This document shows, in pieces, positions 24,419 through 32,000 of a stretch of 32,000 nucleotides of DNA (the stretch's first letter is position 1; the number at the start of each line of letters is the position of its first letter). The DNA is from Methanopyrus kandleri AV19 (GTDB lineage Archaea; JAADCQ01; Methanopyri; Methanopyrales; Methanopyraceae): contig NC_003551.1 of the NCBI RefSeq assembly GCF_000007185.1, forward strand, positions 390,001 through 422,000, in the 5' to 3' direction. The translations under genes and the position numbers were made by a program. The notes under the pieces are model-generated. The model was not told the DNA's origin, did not search any database, and saw only the letters and a list, made by a program, of their open reading frames with translations.

Positions 24419-25777
24419 CTAGCTCCGGACCAGCCGGGCTACGAAGAACCCCTCCGTACGGTGCCGATGCGGCCAGAACCTACGTACTCGATCCGCCCAC
24501 GGGTACCTCTCGTTCATCCAGGAGTCGAAGCCGGGCGAGCCGAACCCGAAAGGTTCCTCCACCTCGAACTCGTCGAACTCGCGCAAGAAGCGGCGTACCA
24601 CGGACTCGTCCTCCACTACGGTGACCGAGCACGTGGAGTACACGAGGGTTCTTTCCACCAGCGGCGCGACGCCACGTAGGATCGAGAGCTGGCCGCGGGC
24701 ATACCTCTTCACGTGTCTCCACTTGACGGTCCACTTGGCCTCGGGGGCCCGAACGTAAGCCCCGGAGCTCGAACACGGTGGGTCCACGAGGGCGAGGTCG
24801 AACGTCTCGTCGGTCTCCCGGTAGAGCCGGGAGGAGTCCGCCCTGCGGAGCCTGGCTTCGATCCCCCATCGGCGGAAGTTACGACGCATCTCCCTGAGGC
24901 GCCTGGGGTTCACGTCCACACACGTGAGCTCGATCTCGCCTTCCGTCAGCGCATACAGGTACGCCGACTTCCCACCGGGGGCCGCACAAGCGTCGAGCAC
25001 ACGATCTCCGGGCTCCGGCCGCAGCGCGTAAGCGGCGGCCGCGGACGCCTTGTCTTGGTAAGCCACCCAACCTCGGCGGTAAGGCTCGGTCCTGACGGGC
25101 GGTACATCGTGATCCACCACCCGCAGCATGAACGGCAGATCGGGATCTTCCTCCACGGCCACCCCGTCGTCCTCCAGCGCCAGTATAGCCTTGTCCGGGT
25201 CCACCATGTGGGCATGTACGCGGAGGTAACGCTCGGGCTCGCGGTTGTTAGCGTCCATCAACTTCGTCAGCTCGTTTTCACCCAGTAGGTCCATCAGGTG
25301 CTTGACGAACCATTCCGGATGGGAGTACTCGATCGCCAGGCGCTCTACGGTGTCCTTAGCCCGGTTCAATACGTCGGAGAGCTCGAGCCGCTCGACGTCG
25401 TAGAGGACGGCGTTCACGAACCGGGCGGGGCCCTCCCCGACACACTCCACGACGATCTTCACGGCCTCGTTCGTGGCGATCGCGGGCTTCACGTCGTTGA
25501 ACTTCATCTCGAACGTACCGACCCTGAGGGCGTTCCTAACCCACGGGTCCAGGTCGAAAAGCTTCGCGTTCCGTATCGTCGCCTCCAGGAACGCGTCGAC
25601 CGTGCGGAGGCGCTTCATCAGCTCGAAGCAGTACGCGTGGATGGTGCCCCAGACGCGATGGTCCCGGACTCCCTCGTTCAGCAGCACCTTCTTAACGCAC
25701 TCACGGAGCGAACGTCGCGTCTCCTCCCACTCGACGAACACGCGTGCCGTGAGCTCCTGTCGGCTGAGGCTGCTCAA
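24419..25777 (-). CDS. NusB-domain plus RsmB/NSUN-type RNA m5C methyltransferase
   Basis: N-terminal NusB-like region (RVWGTIHAYCFELMKRLRTVDAFL...ATNEAVKIVVECVGEGPARFVNAVL), then GDRVLDACAAPGGKSAYL, LVDPPCSSSG, LVYSTCSVTVVEDE, GFFVARLVR. Confidence 0.93.
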   Translation of the reverse strand: MSSLSRQELTARVFVEWEETRRSLRECVKKVLLNEGVRDHRVWGTIHAYCFELMKRLRTVDAFLEATIRNAKLFDLDPWVRNALRVGTFEMKFNDVKPAIATNEAVKIVVECVGEGPARFVNAVLYDVERLELSDVLNRAKDTVERLAIEYSHPEWFVKHLMDLLGENELTKLMDANNREPERYLRVHAHMVDPDKAILALEDDGVAVEEDPDLPFMLRVVDHDVPPVRTEPYRRGWVAYQDKASAAAAYALRPEPGDRVLDACAAPGGKSAYLYALTEGEIELTCVDVNPRRLREMRRNFRRWGIEARLRRADSSRLYRETDETFDLALVDPPCSSSGAYVRAPEAKWTVKWRHVKRYARGQLSILRGVAPLVERTLVYSTCSVTVVEDESVVRRFLREFDEFEVEEPFGFGSPGFDSWMNERYPWADRVRRFWPHRHRTEGFFVARLVRS

Positions 25778-25802
25778 CAGATCACCCCGGGGTCCTAGTG
25801 AC

Positions 25803-26762
25803 TTGTACTTGGCCGAAGTGGCCGGGATCGAGGAGCTTAGTGCCGTCGCCGTCCTGGGTATCGGAGGCGGTGGCGATGTCGTCGGAGCCTGTCACACGTA
25901 CCGATGGATAAGGGAAGGGATCGAGCCGGAGCGCTTGGTCCTCGGAGGGCTCACCTGGGAGCGTGCCGTCGTCGATCCGGAGCCCGGTCCTCGATCGCGC
26001 GACGAGATCGTGGGAGACGTCGAATGGATCCACGAGCGTATTGGAATACTACGCGGAAGGGCGAGGCCTAGACGGGGTCAAGAGTTCGCGGAGTCACGCG
26101 TCCGACGCGTGTTGAGGAGGATGGGACACCGCGACGTGGAGATCGTACTGGTGGACGTCAGTGGAGGCGTGAAAGGGACCGTGGACGGTCTCAAGGCGCT
26201 GATCGAACACTTCGAGCTGGACGTCGTCTTCGGGATCGATGTCGGTGGGGACGCGTTAGCGAGGGGTGACGAGCCCGGAGTCGAGAGCCCACTGGCCGAT
26301 TCTATCATGACCTGTTCGCTGTCGAAGCTCGAGGAGACCGTGCTCGGGGTATTCGGGTGGGGGTCCGACGGTGAGCTGACCCGAGAGGAGCTCCGGCGGA
26401 GGTTCTCCGAGATAGCGGCTGAGGGCGGTTACCTCGGGGCGATCGGACTCACCGGACGCGATGTGAAGTTCCTGAAGAAATTGGCAGAGGTGGTGGAGAC
26501 GGAGGCCAGTTTGATCCCCCTCAGGGCGGCTGTCGAGGGCGAGCTCGGACCGCTGGAGATTCGAGGAGGGTACAGAACCGTGGAGCTCGGGCCGGCATCG
26601 GTGTGTACCTTTTACTTCGACCCGGAAGTCGTCGCGCGTGGTAGTATCCTATGCGAGCTCGTGGACGGCACCGAGAGCGTGGAGGAAGCCCACGAACGCA
26701 TCCGGAAGGAGCTCGGCATCAAAACCGAGCTCGACTGGGAGCGTGAGCGGGCCGAGCGCTGA
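25803..26762 (+). CDS. DUF1152-like conserved archaeal protein
   Basis: VAVLGIGGGGDVVGACHTYRWI, VLVDVSGGVKGTVDGLKAL, VFGIDVGGDALARGDEPGVESPLADSIM. The listed ORF start (25473) reads antisense through the neighbour; TTG at 25803 or 25809 is more likely. Confidence 0.72.
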   Translation: MYLAEVAGIEELSAVAVLGIGGGGDVVGACHTYRWIREGIEPERLVLGGLTWERAVVDPEPGPRSRDEIVGDVEWIHERIGILRGRARPRRGQEFAESRVRRVLRRMGHRDVEIVLVDVSGGVKGTVDGLKALIEHFELDVVFGIDVGGDALARGDEPGVESPLADSIMTCSLSKLEETVLGVFGWGSDGELTREELRRRFSEIAAEGGYLGAIGLTGRDVKFLKKLAEVVETEASLIPLRAAVEGELGPLEIRGGYRTVELGPASVCTFYFDPEVVARGSILCELVDGTESVEEAHERIRKELGIKTELDWERERAER

Positions 26763-26912
26763 ACTCAGTTACGGAGTGACGCACCGCGACCTTCCTCGTA
26801 TTCGACGCTATCTGCCGAAAGTACAATCGTGGAGGTTTAGATCCACACCGACGTCGAGTGACGCTGTGCATTTGATCCCTCCCATCCGTCGTTACGATAG
26901 GGGCGGTCGGTC

Positions 26913-27761
26913 GTGCTCCTGAACGAGGTTAAGGTTCGGAAGATCGTGGAGCTAGCACTGACGGAAGACGTCGGCCGTGCGGATCTGACCTCCTCCATTG
27001 TGGAAGGTGAGCGGGCGGAGGCGGAGATCGTGGCAAAAGAGGAGGGCGTCGTTTCGGGAACGCTCCCGGCCCGACTGACGTTCGAACTCCTAGACTGCGA
27101 AGTCGACGTGCTCGTGGAAGACGGCGAACGAATTCAACCCGGCGACATCGTGCTGAAAGCCTATGGGGAGGCTACGGCCCTTCTCGCGGCGGAGCGAGTG
27201 GCGCTCAACTTCCTCATGCGGCTGTCCGGGATCGCGACGGCTACGCGGAAGGTCGTCGAGAGAGTCCGTGAGGTGAATCCGGACGTTATTGTAGCCGCGA
27301 CCAGGAAAGTCCATCCGATCACGGGATTTCTCGAGAAGAAGGCGGTATCGGATGGGGGCGGAGACCTCCACCGGTTCGGCCTGGACGATGCCGTTCTGAT
27401 CAAAGATAACCACCTGGCGCTGGTCGGGTCGGTCCGGGATGCCGTGCGGCGGGCGAGGGAGCGGGTGGGTTTCACCAAAGTAATCGGCGTGGAAGTCGAG
27501 TCGATCGAAGACGCCGTTGAGGCCGCGAAGGCGGGCGCGGACCACGTGTTGCTGGATAATATGAAACCGGCGGAGATCCGGCGGGCGGTGAACGAAGTTC
27601 GGAAAGTCCGTGAAGATGTGATCCTGGAGGCTTCCGGTGGCATCACGCCCGAGAACGCACCCGAGTACGCGGAAACCGGAGTTGATGTGATCTCGCTCGG
27701 GTGGTTGACACACTCCGCGCCGGCCTTGGACCTGAGCATGCGGGTTCGACGGATGACATGA
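26913..27761 (+). CDS. nadC: Nicotinate-nucleotide pyrophosphorylase (carboxylating)
   Basis: ALTEDVGRADLTSSIV, LNFLMRLSGIATATRKVVERVR, ATRKVHPITGFLEKKAVSDGGGDLHRFGLDDAVLIKDNHL, EASGGITPENAPEYAETGVDVISLG. Confidence 0.96.
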   Translation: MLLNEVKVRKIVELALTEDVGRADLTSSIVEGERAEAEIVAKEEGVVSGTLPARLTFELLDCEVDVLVEDGERIQPGDIVLKAYGEATALLAAERVALNFLMRLSGIATATRKVVERVREVNPDVIVAATRKVHPITGFLEKKAVSDGGGDLHRFGLDDAVLIKDNHLALVGSVRDAVRRARERVGFTKVIGVEVESIEDAVEAAKAGADHVLLDNMKPAEIRRAVNEVRKVREDVILEASGGITPENAPEYAETGVDVISLGWLTHSAPALDLSMRVRRMT

Positions 27762-27778
27762 AGAGTGTCGGGATATCC

Positions 27779-28756
27779 TCACTTCCGAGACCGGTACTCG
27801 AGCTCGCGGACGAAATCGCTCAAGGTCATCACGAACCGGGCGTCGGCGACGCGGTGAGCGTACGCGTCGGGATCCGGATTGACGGAGACCACGAAGTCGG
27901 AGCGGAAGTCGACGGCGAATGTGTCGTAAGAAGCGCCGACGAGGACCAGCAGTTCCTCCTCGACGACGTTACCCGTGTTGACACCCGTCGGCGGGATCCC
28001 GGGCAGGAACTTGGAAGCGTGTTTGGTGCAGTACAAGCGGACGTCGAGGCCTAAGCTTTCGAGAATTTCGACGAGGCGGTCCAGTGCATCCCGGTCGTCA
28101 TTGAGGGAAGACGTGAACGCCGGTAGGTCCCTCGAAATGTCACCTAGCACACCCTTACCGACGACTACGGCGACGGTGTCGTAGAAATCAATGGCACGGA
28201 GGAGCTCGTCCCAATCGGCTTCGCCGGTAGGTTCGACCTCAGGCTTTCCAGGCGGATGGCTCGAGAGCAGAAGGTCCTCGGTGAGGACTACGCAGGCGAG
28301 CCTGTGCTCATCTCGGGAGGATTCGGCGGCGTCGAGGATGGTCTCGTAGATATCATCTTGAGTCTCGGGGATCTCGACGCGGAGTTTCAGGTCGCGTAGG
28401 ACGTCGGGGAGCTCGACGGAGCAGGTGTAGGAACCGCGGCCATCGGCATCCAAGCCGATGATGAGGAGTCCGGGCCAGTCACCCTCCTCGGCTAGGAGTT
28501 GGGCGGCGACGTAGGCACCCTTATCCTTGAGCACGGCGACACCGTAGCCGTCGGCTTGGGCGAGACCGATCACGATCCCGACCGCGTCGAACTCGGAGGC
28601 GACGGGTACGACCTCGAACGGATGATCACTTTCCTCCAGTGCGCGGACGACCTCGTTGAGCGGAAATCCCGGCAGGTACGCCACGACGTCGGGTTCGAGG
28701 TCGTGAAGGGCGCGGATGACCTCGTGTGACCCTATAGGAAGGTAATCGGTCGACAT
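27779..28756 (-). CDS. ThDP-dependent decarboxylase, PYR-domain subunit (ComD-like) with an extra C-terminal domain
   Basis: MSTDYLPIGSHEVIRALHDLEPDVVAYLPGFPLNEVVRAL..., VASEFDAVGIVIGLAQADGYGVAVLKDKG. ATG at 28756 overlaps the upstream subunit by 25 nt; listed start at 28921 is overextended. Confidence 0.72.
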   Translation of the reverse strand: MSTDYLPIGSHEVIRALHDLEPDVVAYLPGFPLNEVVRALEESDHPFEVVPVASEFDAVGIVIGLAQADGYGVAVLKDKGAYVAAQLLAEEGDWPGLLIIGLDADGRGSYTCSVELPDVLRDLKLRVEIPETQDDIYETILDAAESSRDEHRLACVVLTEDLLLSSHPPGKPEVEPTGEADWDELLRAIDFYDTVAVVVGKGVLGDISRDLPAFTSSLNDDRDALDRLVEILESLGLDVRLYCTKHASKFLPGIPPTGVNTGNVVEEELLVLVGASYDTFAVDFRSDFVVSVNPDPDAYAHRVADARFVMTLSDFVRELEYRSRK

Positions 28757-29226
28757 CTCATCTCCACTAGACTCGGTCCTTCCTTCCGACACCGCTTCAG
28801 CACCTCCAGTGCCTCTTCGACGCTTTCGGCGATCTCGGCGGGGTCGAAACCCATGGAACGGGCTATATCGGCCGGCGAGGTGTGAACGGCCGGGTTCTCC
28901 TGGCCTCCCGTCATCCCCCACGCCGCATCGGTCACGACCACCACCGTCAAGTTCTCGAAGCGATCGCGGTTCTGAGCCACGGTAGCCAAAGTGTGTAAAT
29001 GCATGAAGAAGCCACCGTCGCCGACGATACAGTAGACCCTCCCACCGTCGGTTCCGAGGCAGTGACCCAACGCCACGGACATCGAGCCGCCCAGCGCGCC
29101 AGTGCCTCCGTCCGGATCCAAGCCTACCTTGGCCGCGGCGATGGTGTGATCGCCTAAGTCCACGATCACCCGATCCTCCTCTTTCAAGACCTTCCGAAGT
29201 GCGAGGAGAGCTTCCTCCGGCCGCAA
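28732..29226 (-). CDS. ThDP-dependent decarboxylase, ThDP-binding subunit (ComE-like)
   Basis: GALGGSMSVALGHCLG, VYCIVGDGGFFMHLHTLATVAQNRDRFENLTVVVVTDAAWGMTGGQ (GDG...N-type ThDP/Mg site). Confidence 0.8.
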   Translation of the reverse strand: MRPEEALLALRKVLKEEDRVIVDLGDHTIAAAKVGLDPDGGTGALGGSMSVALGHCLGTDGGRVYCIVGDGGFFMHLHTLATVAQNRDRFENLTVVVVTDAAWGMTGGQENPAVHTSPADIARSMGFDPAEIAESVEEALEVLKRCRKEGPSLVEMRCRPITFL

Positions 29227-29242
29227 CGTCGTTCCCTCACTA

Positions 29243-29641
29243 TCATTCCAGCAGGTACACTATACCCTTGTCCAGATCCACCTCCACTTCGCTACCCTCT
29301 GGGGGCATGAGGTGCTCATGCTCTTCGCCGTGACAGGGTGCATCCTCGGGGATCTCGGGCTCTACTAGGAGGTCCTTTACATCATCGTCGATGGGTTTCG
29401 CCTCCCTTACAACGGGGATGGTACCGTCCTCGGAGAGCGTCCGAACGTCTCCGGTACAGATTATGGCAACGGCACCCATCACTTCGGGGTACGTGTCGTA
29501 GGCTCCCCCGAGGTCTTGGGTGAAGACTGCTTGTCCCTCTTCGATCTCGACTATGCGGTCCGGGTGGGTTATGTGGATGACCTCACCGCTTACCTTACCC
29601 TTGCCGCGCACGGTTTCCCCTCGCAGCACCGGTGTCGGCAA
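29243..29641 (-). CDS. Small conserved protein, possibly PEP-utilizing-enzyme swivelling-domain-like
   Basis: GKGKVSGEVIHITHPDRIVEIEEGQAVFTQDLGGAYDTYPEVMGAVAIICTGDVRTLSEDGTIPVVREAK; 16 nt upstream of the ThDP-binding subunit, same strand. Confidence 0.4.
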   Translation of the reverse strand: MPTPVLRGETVRGKGKVSGEVIHITHPDRIVEIEEGQAVFTQDLGGAYDTYPEVMGAVAIICTGDVRTLSEDGTIPVVREAKPIDDDVKDLLVEPEIPEDAPCHGEEHEHLMPPEGSEVEVDLDKGIVYLLE

Positions 29642-29732
29642 GTCGGTTCCCCCGTCAGCTCGGGACCGGCATCCTTATTTGGGTTCTTCATTCCGGATAG
29701 CCTGCGACACTTGCCCTCGGAGGGGTAGTCCG

Positions 29733-30248
29733 TTGGAAGAGCGAATCAGATGCGAGATATGCGGACGCGTGATCAACGGTCGACCTAAGGTCGTGAAGGT
29801 GGAAGGATCGGAACTGCGGGTGTGCGAGGAGTGTGCCAAGTTCGGTCGTGAGGTGGTCAAGCCGCGACCTCGCCGTGAGACCGGACGGGTGCAGCGTGAG
29901 CGCCGCCCACGGCGCAGACCCACCGGCGCGAGACGAAGACCGAGAGGGTTCGATCCCTTCAGCGAGGGGCTGGAGGTAGTTCCGGATTACGACGAGCGTG
30001 TCCGCGAGGCTAGGGAACGTAGAGGTTGGAGCCAGGAGGACCTAGCCAAGAAGATCGGAGAGAAGGTTTCGGTGATCCGGCGTATTGAATCGGGCAAGAT
30101 GGAACCGGACGTCGAGCTGGCGCGCAAGCTGGAGAGGGTCCTGGAAATAGAGCTCCTAGAGCGGGTGAGTGAAGAGGACACCGGATCCGTGGGGATCGGG
30201 AGCGGCGAGCTGACGCTGGGTGATGTAGTGGAGATTAGGAAGAAGTGA
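29733..30248 (+). CDS. MBF1-like transcription factor (zinc ribbon plus Cro/C1-type HTH)
   Basis: CEICGRVINGRPKVVKVEGSELRVCEECAKFG; RVREARERRGWSQEDLAKKIGEKVSVIRRIESGKMEPDVELARKLERVLEIELLE. TTG start at 29733 after an SD-like GGAGGGG. Confidence 0.9.
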   Translation: MEERIRCEICGRVINGRPKVVKVEGSELRVCEECAKFGREVVKPRPRRETGRVQRERRPRRRPTGARRRPRGFDPFSEGLEVVPDYDERVREARERRGWSQEDLAKKIGEKVSVIRRIESGKMEPDVELARKLERVLEIELLERVSEEDTGSVGIGSGELTLGDVVEIRKK

Positions 30249-30251
30249 GCG

Positions 30252-30884
30252 TTACACCGGAGACGTGCGAAGTATCAGCGTAACCACGACGATCGCTAGG
30301 GCAACCGAGACCAGGGCGAATCCGTAAGTTCGAATGTCGATGTGCGCGCTCCGACGCTCCTCCACCACGCGCTCTGCCACTTTCATGCAGAGCTCCCGAG
30401 CCTTATCTTCAACCTCATCCTCGTCACCGTTCGCGTATATTCGTAGCCGACCACGATCGCTGTCGATGACGAGGAGAACGTCCGCTTCCACACCCCGCTC
30501 GTAGTCGCACACTTCTTTGAACTGCTCTTTGACCAGGGAGAGCACCTCGTTGATCGTGTACTCGTCCGCGGGAACGTCCAGGAGAAGCTTCCCATCGACC
30601 TCCGTGTCTTCATCAACTATCGCCACATCACAACGCTTGATCGGAAGCGATTCCTCGGAAGTTTCGAGTTTCTCATCGATGGAGAATTTATTGAGATAAT
30701 CCTTACCGAACAGGATCACCTTCCCGGTTTCTTTGCACACCGAAGAAAGGACACCTTTGTTGAACTCGTCGATGTCCTCACCGACCACTATCACCACATC
30801 GTTCTTCGCGGACTTAACGAGGCTCATTACCTCCGGAATCGTCCAGCCCCTCCTTAAGACCAGTAACGTTGCCCGCCGTCTCAC
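30252..30884 (-). CDS. Hypothetical protein with C-terminal transmembrane anchor
   Basis: C-terminal TM IRTYGFALVSVALAIVVVTLIL. ATG at 30827 with upstream AGGAGGGG is a plausible alternative start; overlaps the FtsA-like gene. Confidence 0.7.
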   Translation of the reverse strand: MRRRATLLVLRRGWTIPEVMSLVKSAKNDVVIVVGEDIDEFNKGVLSSVCKETGKVILFGKDYLNKFSIDEKLETSEESLPIKRCDVAIVDEDTEVDGKLLLDVPADEYTINEVLSLVKEQFKEVCDYERGVEADVLLVIDSDRGRLRIYANGDEDEVEDKARELCMKVAERVVEERRSAHIDIRTYGFALVSVALAIVVVTLILRTSPV

Positions 30885-32000
30885 TTACTCCACCCTCGAC
30901 CTCTTGGAGTTCGTCTACCGGGATGAGGATGGGCCCCATCTCCTTAACTTGGACTATTTTGTACTCCTTCGGGAGCGTGTCCACGGTATCTTCCACTTCC
31001 GACCCACTGACGTTCACCTTAACGCCATCGACGTCGTCCGTGCTGTCTACACCCTCGAACTTGATAGTTACCGTACCAGCGTACGCCCGGCCACGGAGTT
31101 CCGCTGTTACGGGCGCTGGTTGCATCAGGATTATCTCCTTAATGGCACTAATGATGGCTTCCTTCAGCCCCGTCCTCCTCGGGATCTTTACGGAATCTTC
31201 GATCCGGCCCCCTACTTCGAGGTAATACCGACCTTCGGGGGCTCGGAACTCATCGATGACCACTTTCACATCACGACCGGAGCACTGCTGACATAGGGCG
31301 GTATCGCGGAGTACGGAGACCGCCACCACACGCATGGGTCCCGCGAGTTGCTTTCCGATGTGTGGTATCTTCGAAGCTTCGAGCATCTCCACTCTGGGTA
31401 CTATCCCTAGGTAATCACGATAGGCATCAAGAATAGCTTCCCGAACGGCCGTTTCAGCCTGATCGAGCAAGACTCCGCCTCCGTACAACTCGACCCGCTC
31501 CGGGACGTTCATGTCTAAGCTCCTGATGATACTCTTAACGGCCGACCTCACGGCGTCCCGGACGTACTCCGCGACCTCTTCGATGGCCTCCAACACCTCA
31601 CGGCGGGTAAGGTCGTACCGTGAGAGTTCCGAATCGGCCATCGGCGAATTGATCTTCTTTTTGATATTTTCCGCTTCTTCATATGTTAGTCCTAAATCAT
31701 TAGCTATGGCTAAGGTAAAATCACGTCCGCCAACTTTAATAGAATGACACACTTCCACAAGTGTGTTACGCACAACGGAGATATCCGTAGTACCTCCACC
31801 GGAATCAATTAGGAGGCAGTTCTCGATTTTGTAATCTCTGATCGCTTTGGCCACGGCGAGGGGTTCAACCGATATCGTGATTAACTTCATATTAAGGAGC
31901 CTAGCGATGCGCTCTAGGTTATTAATGAGCCCCAAGCTTGTATTCGATACTATGGCCCTGAACTGCAAGTGAGTGACTTGAGAACCGATGAGACCGTCGG
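30814..32000 (-). CDS. Actin-fold ATPase (FtsA/PilM/Hsp70-like), 5' end outside the window
   Basis: CLLIDSGGGTTDISVVRNTLVEVCHSIKVGGRDFTLAIANDLGLTYEEAENIKK (phosphate-2 region) and VELYGGGVLLD. Frame stays open through 32000 (DGLIGSQVTHLQFRAIVS...). Confidence 0.82.
   Translation of the reverse strand, partial: DGLIGSQVTHLQFRAIVSNTSLGLINNLERIARLLNMKLITISVEPLAVAKAIRDYKIENCLLIDSGGGTTDISVVRNTLVEVCHSIKVGGRDFTLAIANDLGLTYEEAENIKKKINSPMADSELSRYDLTRREVLEAIEEVAEYVRDAVRSAVKSIIRSLDMNVPERVELYGGGVLLDQAETAVREAILDAYRDYLGIVPRVEMLEASKIPHIGKQLAGPMRVVAVSVLRDTALCQQCSGRDVKVVIDEFRAPEGRYYLEVGGRIEDSVKIPRRTGLKEAIISAIKEIILMQPAPVTAELRGRAYAGTVTIKFEGVDSTDDVDGVKVNVSGSEVEDTVDTLPKEYKIVQVKEMGPILIPVDELQEVEGGVSETAGNVTGLKEGLDDSGGNEPR

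Noticed and set aside
24480-24869. 129-aa minus-strand ORF inside the NSUN-type methyltransferase gene
   Set aside because: Out-of-frame within a well-supported methyltransferase; no protein-like character.
1-32000. Search for CRISPR arrays, rRNA, tRNA and insertion sequences
   Set aside because: No regularly spaced repeats, no conserved tRNA T-arm/anticodon arrangement and no transposase-like ORF seen by eye. A tRNAscan-SE/Infernal run would be needed for small or intron-containing RNAs and C/D-box sRNAs.

Overview
The window is a dense, high-GC archaeal chromosome segment. Gene content, GTG/TTG starts and protein sequences fit the hyperthermophilic methanogen Methanopyrus kandleri; this is recognition from the sequence, not a database match. 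Landmarks: a ribosomal string on the minus strand (rplC-rplD-rplW-rplB); a divergent plus-strand string (GINS-like, L44e, S27e, eIF2-alpha, Nop10, PAC2-family protein, polytopic membrane protein, archaeosortase-like protein, EndoQ-like PHP protein); a cluster of GCS2-like ligase, amidohydrolase and HTH-fused N-formylglutamate-amidohydrolase-like protein; CfbA/CbiX and AroD; a long minus-strand array (sepS, SpoIIM-family, trpE, trpG, dapH-like, dapF, surE, two coiled-coil membrane proteins, Thi4-like); a secreted-protein locus with an apparent frameshift plus a large orphan envelope protein; NusB-RsmB/NSUN methyltransferase and DUF1152-like protein; nadC; a two-subunit ThDP decarboxylase (ComD/ComE-like); an MBF1-like regulator; and an FtsA/PilM-like actin-fold ATPase running off the right edge. 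No CRISPR array, rRNA, tRNA or convincing mobile element was found. Best candidates for under-described biology: (i) a divergent archaeosortase candidate with Cys/Arg/His landmarks beside an unknown membrane protein; (ii) the GCS2-like/amidohydrolase/HTH-FGase cluster with abrupt AT-rich islands; (iii) a frameshifted secreted protein ending in a short hydrophobic segment plus basic tail, overlapping a large orphan; (iv) an actin-like ATPase overlapping a C-terminally anchored membrane protein.
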